64,000 nucleotides of DNA from Macrostomum hystrix (taxonomy: Eukaryota; Animalia; Platyhelminthes), in contig CATNEN010000038.1 in the NCBI GenBank assembly GCA_950097015.1, positions 11,966,001 to 12,030,000 on the forward strand, written 5' to 3'. A program made the position numbers and the translations under genes. Within the stretch, counting starts at the first letter, position 1, and each line of letters begins with the position of its first letter. The notes beneath the pieces were generated by a model that saw nothing but the letters and a program-made list of their open reading frames with translations, was not told where the DNA came from and searched no databases. Positions 1 through 11,581 of this stretch are shown piece after piece.

Positions 1-745
1 CACGGGGTGTTAGACACTCGTGTTAGACAGCAGCTTCACGGGGTGTTAGACACTCGTGTTAGACAGCAGCTTCACGGGGTGTTAGACACTCGTGTTAGAC
101 AGCAGCTTCACGGGGTGTTACACACTCGTGTTAGACAGCAGCTTCACAGGGTGTTAGACACTTGTGTTAGACAGCAGCTTCACGGGATGTTAGACACATG
201 TGTTAGACAGCAGCTTCACGGGGTGTTAGACACTCGTGTTAGACAGCAGCTTCACGGGGTGTTAGACACTCGTGTTAGACAGCAGCTTCACGGGGTGTTA
301 GACACTCGTGTTAGACAGCAGCTTCACGGGGTGTTAGACACTCGTGTTAGACAGCAGCTTCACAGGGTGTTAGACACTTGTGTTAGACAGCAGCTTCACG
401 GGGTGTTAGACACTCGTGTTAGACAGCAGCTTCACAGGGTGTTAGACACTCGTGTTAGACAGCAGCTTCACGGGGTGTTAGACACATGTGTTAGACAGCA
501 GCTTCACGGGGTGTTAGACACTCGTGTTAGACAGCAGCTTCACGGGGTGTTAGACACTCGTGTTAGACAGCAGCTTCACGGGGTGTTAGACACTCGTGTT
601 AGACAGCAGCTTCACGGGGTGTTAGACACTCGTGTTAGACAGCAGCTTCACGGGGTGTTAGACACTCGTGTTAGACAGCTGCTTCACGGGGTGTTAGACA
701 CTCGTGTTAGACAGCAGCTTCACGGGGTGTTAGACACTAGTGTTA
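1..745. repeat. 36-bp minisatellite (CACGGGGTGTTAGACACTCGTGTTAGACAGCAGCTT)n, about 20 copies, runs off the window start
   Basis: Direct tandem repeat; the 12-aa periodic ORF 7..750 is its translation. Confidence 0.97.
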
Positions 746-1261
746 CTTAATTTTGGGTAATCACTAATAAAGGCACCTGCTACACTCAAAATAAAATAAA
801 TTTAAGCAAACTATCGATGCAAGTTATAGTAGTACAATTAGAGCACTATTTAGTCCGAGTGTCAGCTCACTAGACCATATACAATATACTCAAATGATCA
901 CGCAATGCTCTGTCTGTCTGTCTGCTAAAAACAGCCTAAACGCAATCTCGTTTTTATAGAAAACCTCAGCTTTTAATCCTACTTCAAGTAGCAAAATTCG
1001 ACTTTTTTTAGCTTAATAAATTGTTGCAGTTAAAAAACATTCAGTTCATTCTAAAATGCTCTATTTGCCCCTCAGTATGATTTGCAAATTTTTTATATTT
1101 GCTACTGACCAGCTCCCGGTCAATGATACCTTTAATGACAAACAGAAATATAGTTTGTAGATACTGCTAACAGCCCGATGGTAGGCTGAGGCTTAAAAAC
1201 GCTGAGGGCCTAAACTAAGCAAATATTTATCAAACATTTACTGTGTTATAACTGTGGTGTC

Positions 1262-1347
1262 CTTGGCATCCAAATGCTGCGTACAGCTGTTCAGTCCATG
1301 GACAGGGGACCTCCACCAACCTATCTTAGGTGGTTGAACTGAAGTAA
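1262..1347 (-). mobile_element. Fragment of CORE-SINE family B
   Basis: Reverse complement matches cagtccatggactgaacagctgtacgcagc of the full copy at 9917-10249. Confidence 0.7.
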
Positions 1348-1367
1348 TATGGAATTTAGTATATCGC

Positions 1368-2060
1368 CATTCAGTCTGTCTGTCACCCATTCATTCAGTC
1401 TGTCTGTGTCACCCATTCTTTCTGTCTGTCACCCATTCATTCAGCTCAGTCTGTCTGTCACCCATTCATTCAGTCCATCACCCATTCAGTCTGTCTGTCA
1501 CCCATTCAGTCTGTCTGTCACCCATTCAGTCTGTCTGTCTGTCTGTCACCCATTCATTCAGTCCATCACCCATTCAGTCTGTCTGTCACCCATTCAGTCT
1601 GTCTGTCTGTCTGTCACCCATTCATTCAGTCTGTCACCCATTCAGTCAGTATGTCACCCATTCAGTCTGTCTGTCACCCATTCAGTCAGTATGTCACCCA
1701 TTCAGTCTGTCTGTCACCCATTCAGTCAGTCTGTCACCCATTCTGTCTGTCTGTTACCCGTTCAGTCTGTCTGTCACCCATTCAGTCTGTCTGTCAGTCT
1801 GTCACCAATTCAGTCAGTCTGTCACCCATTCTGTCTGTCTGTCACCCATTCAGTCTGTCACTCCATCTGCCTGTCTGTCACCCATTCAGTCTGTCACCCA
1901 TTCAGTCTGTCACTCCATCTGTCTGTCTGTCACCCATTCAGTCTGTCACCCATTCAGTCTGTCACCCATTCAGTCAGTCTGTCACCCATTCAGTCTGTCA
2001 CTCCATCTGTCTGTCTGTCACCCATTCAGTCAGTCTGTCACCTATTCAGTCTGTCTGTCA
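1368..2060. repeat. Compound minisatellite of CACCCATTCAGTCTGT/(GTCT)n units
   Basis: Direct tandem repeat. Confidence 0.95.
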
Positions 2061-2953
2061 AAGAAACGGCAGTTCAGAGCGCGTCAAGCAAACCTTGAAG
2101 CCATTCCCATTGAAGCTCGAGTATTCTAGTGCCTTCTAGTACTAATCTGCCTGTCTCGAGTGCAGCCATCAGCTACATTTTTGGAAAGCCGATTTCCAAC
2201 TGCTAGTTTTGTCTGGTCGGCTCAGCCTACAGTTGGCTGACTTGGTTGAGCTTTCGAGCCAATCTAAAAAATAATTTTTACTGCACATCCCATGAAGCAT
2301 ATAGAAATTTATTAACGAGAAACTAGCCAACAAGAAGCCTTGGATAATTAACACTCACTCTTGAGCTACATACTCAGCAATTATGCTGGCTATAAATTTA
2401 CCTGCTCCTCAGGTTGGCGAGTCTCGCATACTCTAGCTGTCAATGAAAAGCGACATATTGGCCTGTATTATAGTATTATTGGGCGACAAATTTGACTCAG
2501 ACTTCATGCTTGCACATTGGCATGATTGCGGCTCGTCGAATTCTAAGTATATTGCAGTGGTTATTATAGTTAGAGCTTGTTGACAGAAAAACAGTTTAGG
2601 AATGAATAAAGGAGCCGCTGGTTACAGTCCATGAGGCGCCACTGGCTCCGAGTTAATACTAATGTACATTCCATTGAGAGGCCATACGAACACCATCGAA
2701 AATAGCATGCGGTTGTGCACAGCTGAAAGTATCTAAAACCCTTCTCTCCAGTTTAACTGCCTGAATTTATATTTGGTAGGGTATGAGGGCCAGACACTGA
2801 GAAGCCTGTCCTGTCTCATTGTGTGCGTGCAGCGGTTCATTTAAAGCATCCAAGTTTCTCTACGTCAGTTATTTTCTCCGACTAATGTACGGTGTAGCAG
2901 CCAGCTATAGTCGATTCTGATCAGCATGAAGGACCCGCTAGTCCTGCGCTGAC

Positions 2954-5900
2954 ATGCCCCGACGTGGCGCCAGTTCCACGCAGGACTCGCCGCTGGACTT
3001 GAGCCATCTCAGCGAGTCGGAGAGGCGCCAGCTCACCGCGGTGCTGCAGAGAGATGGAGATCTGCAGGAGGCCGAACGGTTGAGGATTGTGTGAGGAGGA
3101 TTGACTTCTTTTCTCAGTATTGCATTTGCACACCTCACACTTTGACCTGGATAACACAGAATCACTTTGGGTAGCACAGTGGTCCCGAGTTCGCATCCGG
3201 AAGAGGAACGTCTGTATGTAGGAGCTTGTAGCCTGAAGGAAAAACATTTGTGTGGAATGGAAACAATTCTTGGCTTGGTCCTTGAAAAGTAATTTGAGAT
3301 TGGGCAATTCAGCATTCCCCCAGTCCGCGGACTGAACAGGTACGATAGTTATGCATGTGAGTAAACGGTTCCTATCGAAGCGTCGATAGTCAGTAACTTC
3401 CACTTACCCAGCCAGTCATAATTATCAACTACCAGCTTCGAATTTGCATTAGAAAGTGACACCAAAATCAGAAAGTTCTAGGATTGATCACCAAATTACA
3501 TTTTGTCATTGTGCAACGCTTTGTGCAGGAAACTAAAGTCGTTTGTTCGGCAAGAGGACCGCTCCGCAGATGCTCTGCTGCAGCGCCAAGAATTCAACGA
3601 GAAGTACTGCATCCGCTGCTACCGCCGCTTCCTGCTGCTCTTCAATCCGTCGGTCTGCTGCTGCCTCTGCAGCCTCCGCGTCTGCCGCGGCCGGTGCGCC
3701 CAACGAAGGCGAGAATTCGACGGCTTCGTGTGCGGCGTCTGCGACCGCAGCCGGTGAGGCATTGTTGACATCTTTGGTGACAGTTTTTAGTCCGAAACGA
3801 GTCACAGCCCATCTTCATCCACAACCAACAGGCTGTGCCAGACGGGCCAGTGCCAGTGGTTCTACGACGCTGTGAAGAAGAAGTTCAAGAGCTCAGGCAG
3901 CGCCAAGGTCGTGCTGAGCCTGACCCGGGACTCCCAGCAGTTTGCGGAGGCGTGCCAGTCGGGTACGTCTGATACTCGGTGCAGCTTGATGTTTCATTAA
4001 TCTTGAAATCCTTTAAAAGTTTTGAAATGAACGTCGTGATAATAAATTTTTCAGAGCGTTAATACAAGTGTAGTTGGTAGCTAAGGCCTCAGGCAGCTGT
4101 TATACCAGATTTTTTACATTTAGTAATCAATGGTCAAAGCTTTGCGATAGCTTCAGAGGTTTCTGTGTGTGTGTGCCCTCGTCCGCATCTCGTTTGTTAT
4201 TTTTACTTAATTTTCATTTGAATTTTTTAAATCGCTCCTCATTTAGCTTCTGCCAGCCAGCCGGGGCTAGCCATTGAGCACATGTTCGCCCTGCCCGCCT
4301 ACCGGCAGCAGCAGCAGCAGCAGCTGACCGACTCAGGCCACGGCGAGTCGCTGGGCCGCCGCTGCATCGGACCCGCCGTCTACCGCACTGAGCTGACATT
4401 CGCCACCCGCGCCAACGAGGACGACGGAGCTGGCTCCGCCGACGACGGTGAGGACTTCGGCTTCCGCCCTGGAGATTTCCTCGGCCTGGCCGGACCTAGA
4501 AGAGTCTCGGCTGCTGCAGGAGCTGGCGCAGGCACTGTCGACGACTCCGCTGCATCCACAGTCGGCCTGCAGATCACCAGCTTCCAGGGCCAGCTGCACG
4601 ACTCACTCCACCGGCTGCAAGCCGAGCTCCGCGCCGCTGTACCCGACGAGCAACAGGCGACGTCGACCGAAGCCAGGCAGGTGGTGGCGCGCCACGCTAG
4701 CGAGATCGCCGACCTCATTTCGGCCTTCGCCCAGACGCTACACGCCACCATGGGTGAGATTGGCTGCACCGTGGATTTTGTTTTAGTTGACAGTTAAACT
4801 CGTGGCAGCCTCAACCCCCGCCCCGTGACCTCTTTCGCACCTCAAAATCCGTCTTCAACCTCCCTGATAATAATAATATTTACAGGATGCGGGCAATGGC
4901 ACATCATTTGGTGACACTAGACTTGGTGACGCTAATTTCGCTGACTCATGAGCACACACACACAGTCTGACACAGATACCGTACACAGGCGCACGCTACC
5001 ACAGGAGTGTACATCTGCCCTGACTTCCTCATCGTGCAAACGCGTTAACCACTCTGCCACTGGCATCCCGGAGTTTACTTGTAAAAATTTGTGAAGAATT
5101 GAAAAAAACTGGGCAGCCTTGACCATTCTTTTGCTCGAGCATCTTAGAGAGCACGAGTAACCTCTTGAACTCCTTCAGCAAATCGACCGGGCTCGCCCAG
5201 CTCCGTGGATGCTCGGGTTCAGCGCCTGGTGCAGCAGGAGGTCGAGCTAGCGATTGGGCTGTCAGTTGACCGGGTGGTCGCTGCTCTACCGGCAGCCACG
5301 TCGGCAGCGGCAACAACCGGTGACCTCGACGATGGCGAGGACTCTGGCCTGGCCGAGCCGGAGAGTCGACTGGCTGAGTTCGTAGTGCAAAAACTCGTGG
5401 ACGATCATCTGGCAGCGCTGGCCGAAGCGACGGCCTCGGCGGCTGCGTCAAGAGCTACCGCGGCTGACAAACATGATTCGGCGTCGCTGCCCAGCTACCG
5501 GCGGCTGCCGAAATCGCTGACGCCGGTGAAGCCGCAGTTGGATGACTCGAGCGCAAGTGCTGGCAGCTTTCGACTCCGCAACGACTTCGGCGGTGATATC
5601 GCCTTCGCCACCAGCGGCGGAAATCTCAGCCTGCCGCAGCCGTTGCCGACGAAATCAACGCCGCCGAATGCCTCAAACCGAAGGTGATGCCAAGTGAAAA
5701 TCTTCTTACTTTTCCACAACTCAGTCTAATTTTGATATTTTCCTCCATCAGATAAAACTCATTCGCTTCTGTAGACTTTGTGCAAATTGCTCTATGCACA
5801 AAAATGTGCCTTCATAAATCACCGAGCTCCGGTTTCCCACAACTGGTCAGCTTGAGTGAACCAGAATGTGCTGCAATTTCAGGCTTCTCCGATCAGTGTT

Positions 5901-8900
5901 GGGATGAGTTTGGCCTTCAAACTGATGGTTTATTCGAGTGAGTTTATGGTGCCACACAAGCAGCAAATTGCGCACATCCGACAGCGCTGCATCCGCCGAG
6001 TTTTTCACCGACGAGCAGTTTTCCATTTTAATTTGTGTTAATTTATTGGTATTTTGTAAAACAAAGCTACGACTACCAGAATTTTTATATTCGTTTTTTG
6101 CAACTGTACGAAGAATAGATGCTGACGTATGTATAACAACAGCGTAGCCAAATCAGCCAAAAAAAACTGCATTTTCGCTGGTATTTAATAAAATCCATAA
6201 CTAAATGCTGAAATCTATATTCGGTAAATCCAACACCACCGCAGCTATGCCCACGTGGACCATCACATCGATAGTCTCTTTGCCGACGCTTTTAACGGCT
6301 CAGACAGCGCCACCAAAGGTGCTGTCACCTTAGATAAGCCGAATTCGAGTCGCTCTGTCACAGCCTCGACGCCGAAGCCTAGTGACGGTGTCAGGTGTCG
6401 ACTCTCGGACCGCCTGGCTGCCCAACCTCCGCAGCCGTTGCGTGGACGCGTTGAGCCCTCCCAAACCGACGGTCTTCGAATTGGCCGCTTCTCCGCGCGC
6501 CTTGTGCACGACTCGGTTGGCGACGACGATGACGAGATGGAAGGCGGCAGGCTTGACGCTTGGGATCTGGTGGCGCCAGTGCTACCGCTGACAACGGACC
6601 CGGAGGCTGGGCCGATGCTCATTCGATTCAGCAGCTTCGACTGGGACCGGAACGAGCGCACAGATCCTAGATTCTGCGCTAAGCCGGATTCTGTCGTCAC
6701 CGTGGCCAGAGGCGAGCGGGTCTGCTTCAAGGCTGTTGTAGACGGCACAGAGCCGTTTGGTGAGTACGATTCGAGCATCAATGACTCATTTGGTCGATAA
6801 ATTTGTCTCTTGTGTATAGTTTATTTGTAAATAGTTGTGTTTTTATGCATTTTTGTGTCATATTCAGGAGTTTTGTGATGCTTTACCAGTGGAAAGACCA
6901 CCGGTAACCCCAACGATTCTCGTCGTAGTGTCTGGTGGCACGAACAACAAATATAAGAATGTTTTTCTGCTCCCAAAATATCATCATGTGACCATTTCGA
7001 CTGTCATTGTTAACTATTTTGAATTGATTAAATTGTAATTTTTCATTTCTGAACCTATGTGGATTCGCCATGTGGAACCTATGTGGTCTTGGACGAAAAT
7101 CTCTGAATATCTCTTTGATCTTTCTCTCTCTCTTATATCTCTGACGGCTTTGAAAATTCTCTAATCAAAAAGTGCAGAAAATTTTGATCCATATGGTGGA
7201 CTTTCACGAAAATCGGTCATTCGGTTTGGGAGCTATCGTTAAGCCCGGTAGATCTTTTAAACCTCTGTAAATATTGGCATGGTTATTTATTTTGCTATTA
7301 AGGTTACTTGATTAATTACCAGCTATATTTGACCTACTACCCCTGGCGCCTGTCTCAGAGGTTCTTTGGCACCGGCTAAGATCGGGTCGAGCCTACGAGA
7401 TCTGCAATAGCGACAAGTACGAGCTGGATTTGGACCCGCAAGGCGACCGCTCGCACTGTCTCACGCTGTACCACGCTTCCGACGCTGACGCGGGCGCCTA
7501 TTTGATTGTGGCAGCCAATGCCACGCAAGCAGTCCTGCACGCCTTTCGTCTGCAGATTTTAGGTAAGGCGAGTTCGTTTAGTTAATAATAATAATAATTG
7601 CCGGAGGGCTGTGGCCCCTTTCACTGACTCCTGACTACACACGCACACAGGTACCGTACGCAGGCACACGCTCACACTTTCTCATCTTCAGGCACTGTAC
7701 ACTCTCAGTGTGCCTTGGAGATTGTGCCTTGTGCCTTGGAGCAAGTTGCATGACAAGCCCCCAAGCCTTCTCTCCGCGGCTGTGCCCCTAATAAATATGG
7801 CCTCGCCGCGGAATCGAGCTCAGGGACCTTGGTGCGAGAGGCAAACGCGTTAACCGTTCTGCCACCGACCCCCTGAGTTCGCTTAGTTGTTTGAAGTTGA
7901 AAATAGTCACCGAATTTTATTCGTCTAGATGAAATTGAGTGCCGAAATGGTAAGGCTTAGTGGCCCAGCACGCAGATTACGCCCACGAGGGAACTCGTAA
8001 GAACAGTGAGAATGTACTCCATCTGACGTGAGGTCACGGCTGATTTGTGAGTATAAAAGGTTTGTGAGCGGAATCGGCAGAATTGCCGCCACTCTCGTTG
8101 CCGTTCGACTATCGCCAAATTATGCGTCAATACTCGTATCCGCAGCCACTCTGCTACTTTCTATTCTTGCTCGTAAGAGGACGCATACATTATCAGTGGT
8201 GCAGAGACAGTCCCTGATCTCATTAACCCCCGCAGACAATCCCAGGCACCAGAAAGCTCCCGAGTTCATCCAACCCATGTCGGACACCCGATCTCGCCAG
8301 GGTCGCACGGCTCGCTTCGCCTGTCGAGTGGCTGGTCAGCCAGCGCCCCGAGTCACATTTCTGCGCGACGGCAAGACGATTCGGCAGCACGAGAGCGGAG
8401 GCAAATTTGAGATCGGTGAGTCGGGACTCTGTGTAAACAAACCTTGGGAAAATCTTGGAACCTGAAATTTGTTCATGTTTCCTATTCACAGCAATACGAA
8501 ATCGTTTAAAAGTGTATTTTAGACTATTTAAAAACTTGAATGAATAGTTTTTTGGTCGCACATTTATTTCCAATGACATAAAACTGATAAGCACAGCAAG
8601 AAATAACTAGTTAATAAACTGACCCAAGCAACTGTTCGCGATACATTTTTCTGGATGCTAATTCTTTTCTGAGCTATTTCTAAGAATTTAGCTCAGGGGG
8701 TGAGTGGCAGAGCGTTTAAAGAGTCGGCCTCTCACACTCAATGTCCCTGAGCACGATTCCGCGGTGAGGCCACATTCTTTGGGGCGCAGCCGCGGAGAGA
8801 AGGCTTGGGGGCTTGTCGTGCAATTTACGCCCTTGAGGGCGAACCTCCAAGGCACAGTGAAAGTATACACTGCCTGACGATGAGAAAGTCAGGGCAGATG

Positions 8901-11308
8901 TACACACCTGTTTGTACACGCCTGCTTACAGTATCTGTGTGCGTATGTGCTCAGGAGTCAGCGAAATGGGCAGAATTGCCTCCTCACTGGCTGCGGTTCT
9001 AGTGTCACCAAATGATGTGCCATTGCCCGCAGCCCTCCTGCAATTATCATTATTATTAAAAAATTAGCTATCCTGTGAAGTATTTGCTTCGCTTTTCTCT
9101 TTAGTGAGCCACGAAGACGGCAGCTACGAACTACGCATCAACGATGTCGCCAAGGCAGACGACGCTGAGTACAGCTGCCTAGCAAGCAATGCTGCGGGCA
9201 GCACCCAATGTGATTGTCAGCTGCTTGTGTACAGCCTGGCCGAGGATGACGAAGCGCTGCGACGAATCGAAGGAGAAATCGAGCAGACGCAGGCCTCGAT
9301 GATCGCCGCCGCCAAGGACATGTACCGCGCCTCGGGGAAAATTCGCCAATTAGATACCAACTTTGGTCGACTCAACAAGCGGCTCAGCAGCATGGAGCGA
9401 CAGCTGGTGGCGGCCACGGCTGCTAGCGAAGACGACGAGAGCTACCCGGAGAGCGCCTCGTTGCAGCGAGTCACTGGGCACATGCTGAGTTGCTTAGCTG
9501 AGCACGAGCTTTCAGCTGCCAACACCGCAGGTAGGGGCGATTGCCGTTTTCAACTATCCGCATGTAGAGCTATATACTGTATTTCTCCTATGAGAAAAGT
9601 GCTATCTATTCCCCGCGACTAACAATAATAATATTTGCAGGAGGGTTGTGGACACAGGCACATCAATTAGTGTCAGTAGACCCGCAGCCAGCGAGGATAT
9701 AATTCTGCCCATTCTGCCCATTCAGCTAATTCCTGAACACACACACAGCTACTGTACGCAGGCACTCGCTCAAACAGGTGTGTACATCTGCCCTGACTTT
9801 CTTATCGTCAGGCAGACGACAAGTCTCTGCAGCAGCGCCCCCAATTAAATATGGCCTCGCCGTGGAATCGAGCCAAGGACCGCCAGTAGTTAATTAGTTA
9901 GTTATTCAGTTGTTTATAACTAACTAGAGGTAGAGGTTGTAGCCTAGTGGTTAGGGCGTCGGACTCACGACTTGAAGGTCGGGGGTTCGATTCCCGACTC
10001 GACTGGAACAATTTGTGTCCTTTAGCAAGCCACTTAACTCTGCATTGCTTCAGTTCACCCAGCTGTTAAATGGGTACCAGCATCAGCTGGGATAATTGAA
10101 GGTGGGTGTGGCGTCCCCCCAGTCCATGGACTGAACAGCTGTACGCAGCCTTCAGATGCGCCGCGCATTAGCTGCGGCTGTGCTGTCGGCTGCACATCTG
10201 ACCCAATTGGGGCAGGTGTAATCAATTATTATTATTATTATTATTATTATCAGTTGTTTAGTATTTTAGTAGTCCTTTAATCGAGCTCAGGGACCTTGCT
10301 GCAAGTATGCAAGTATCGGTCCGGATAGTGAAAAAGACTGCCTGCCCCAAAAAATATACAAAGAAGATAGGAAATTCTGATGCAACACTTGGAGCAAAAC
10401 ACTGATGACTTCCGTATTTTCAAAATGTTAGTTTCATTAGAAATCTGAATAAGTTTTCTACATTTTAGTTGAAGCTTTTGCTTCTACCTGCTAAGGTCGT
10501 GCACTGCTAAGTGGCCATGTCTGTCGTCCTTAAACTTTATTTATGCACAGCTCAGTAGACAAAACAGGGAGACACACAAGCGTCTAGTCAGCCCACACTG
10601 GTTGCGGGGGTTGTCTCTCCAGTTTCTAGATTCAGAGCTCTACTTCTCAGCCATTGTGTAAATGCTATTCTTAACCTCCCAGCTGACCTTGAAGACACGA
10701 CAGGCACTGCGGACGCGTCCTCACTAGTCTGGTCCTCACCCAGCGGCCTGGCTGGCTTCTCCACGTCCAGCTTCGAAGCCGTGCCGCGATCCGCTGGCAC
10801 CTCCAAGATAGTCTACGAGGTCGAGAATGTCGCCGAGGACGAGGTCGCTGCCAACGAGGACAGCGATGATAGCGAAGAAGCGCTTCGGGCCGCCGCCGCC
10901 ACGGAACGTCGGGTATGCGATGCTGCTGCTGCTGCTACTCTTGTGCTGAAGCAGATTAGAGTATTTGTGCTTACGCTCAACTCACAAAATTCGCTAATTT
11001 AAATGCAGATCTACGTAGCTGCCAGTAAGACTGACCTTCTGCGCCAGAAGCTCGACGCTCTGGAGCGCCAAATCCTCGACGGTGACGCTGCCGCAGACGC
11101 CTCCTCCCTCAATGATCTGGCAGAAGCTGAGCGATCCTTTGCAGCCCTGCGACTTCTGGCCGATAGACAGCAGGTCGAGGTGGCCGCGATTGAGGCCGCC
11201 GCCGGTCAGCTGACAACGACAGAGGCGGTCGAAGCTGCGGCCAACCCTCGGGAACCGTCGTCTGACGCTGCTGTTACCTCAAGCATTGAAGAAGGTGGAG
11301 CTGCCTGA
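2954..11308 (+). CDS. MyRIP/melanophilin (Slac2)-like Rab effector with two internal Ig I-set domains; 11 exons: 2954-3090, 3529-3753, 3832-3962, 4247-4753, 5179-5683, 6245-6759, 7359-7562, 8236-8415, 9105-9530, 10683-10912, 11009-11308
   Basis: Slp-homology N-terminus LDLSHLSESERRQLTAVLQRD, zinc finger CIRC..CCLC..VC..C..CGVC, and QWFYDAVKKKFKSSGSAKV (MyRIP has EWFYNNVKSRFKRFGSAKV). Ig motifs PRFCAKPDSVVTVARGERVCFKAVVDG..VLW..DAGAY and APEFIQPMSDT..FACRVAGQPAP..DDAEYSCLASNAAG. C-terminal coiled coils IYVAASKTDLLRQKLDALE. All introns are GT-AG with consistent phase. Confidence 0.85.
4868..5070 (-). mobile_element. tRNA-derived SINE family A (internally deleted copy)
   Basis: Shares the A-box head (gtggcagagtggttaacgcg), the gtcagggcagatgtacac core, the 3' stem-loop and the (TTA)n tail with the other copies. 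Confidence 0.8.
7583..7873 (-). mobile_element. tRNA-derived SINE family A
   Basis: Homologous to 8695-9058 in reverse orientation. Confidence 0.85.
8695..9058 (+). mobile_element. tRNA-derived SINE family A, near full length (about 360 bp)
   Basis: A-box-like TGGCAGAGCG, B-box-like GCACGATTCC, central hairpin gtatacactgcctgac/gtcagggcagatgtacac, 3' hairpin ggctgcgg/ccgcagcc, (TTA)n tail. Confidence 0.88.
9620..9885 (-). mobile_element. tRNA-derived SINE family A (partial)
   Basis: Homologous to the other copies; a CORE-SINE follows immediately. Confidence 0.8.
9917..10249 (+). mobile_element. CORE-SINE family B, full length with TSD
   Basis: tRNA-like head (TAGCCTAGTGGTTA..GGTTCGATTCCC); CORE-like gtgtcctttagcaagccacttaac..cagttcacccagctgttaaatggg; (TTA)n tail; 11-bp TSD TCAGTTGTTTA at 9906-9916 and 10250-10260. 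Confidence 0.85.
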
Positions 11309-11581
11309 TTAGCGGGCAACAAAGCGCGAGTTTATTCCATAAATATTTTATTTTTCACACCATTTATTTTTCTTAATCATTGCTGTGGGCTGCATGAATG
11401 CTTCAGCTATTCTCATTTCCTTATGGCTAATATAAAATCTTTGAGTTCAATCGATTTTATTCCCGCTATAATTATTTTCTTGTCTTAGATCCATATATAC
11501 ACATGCTATTATCGTTGCATCACTTGGCTTGCATGAAAATGAATGGAGTTTTGTTTCTCTGTCGGCAGACGTATTAATTGA

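Noticed and set aside
1-745. Possible CRISPR array (36-bp period)
   Set aside because: Units are contiguous with no unique spacers; eukaryotic context; no cas genes
7020-7300. Possible non-autonomous DNA transposon remnants (also about 31985-32180 and 46820-47560)
   Set aside because: Could not define convincing TIRs or TSDs, or a second copy within the window
8866-8905. Hammerhead ribozyme in SINE A (CTGACGA..GAAA..TC)
   Set aside because: Only 3 nt lie between CUGANGA and GAAA and there is no stem III; the segment instead forms a simple hairpin
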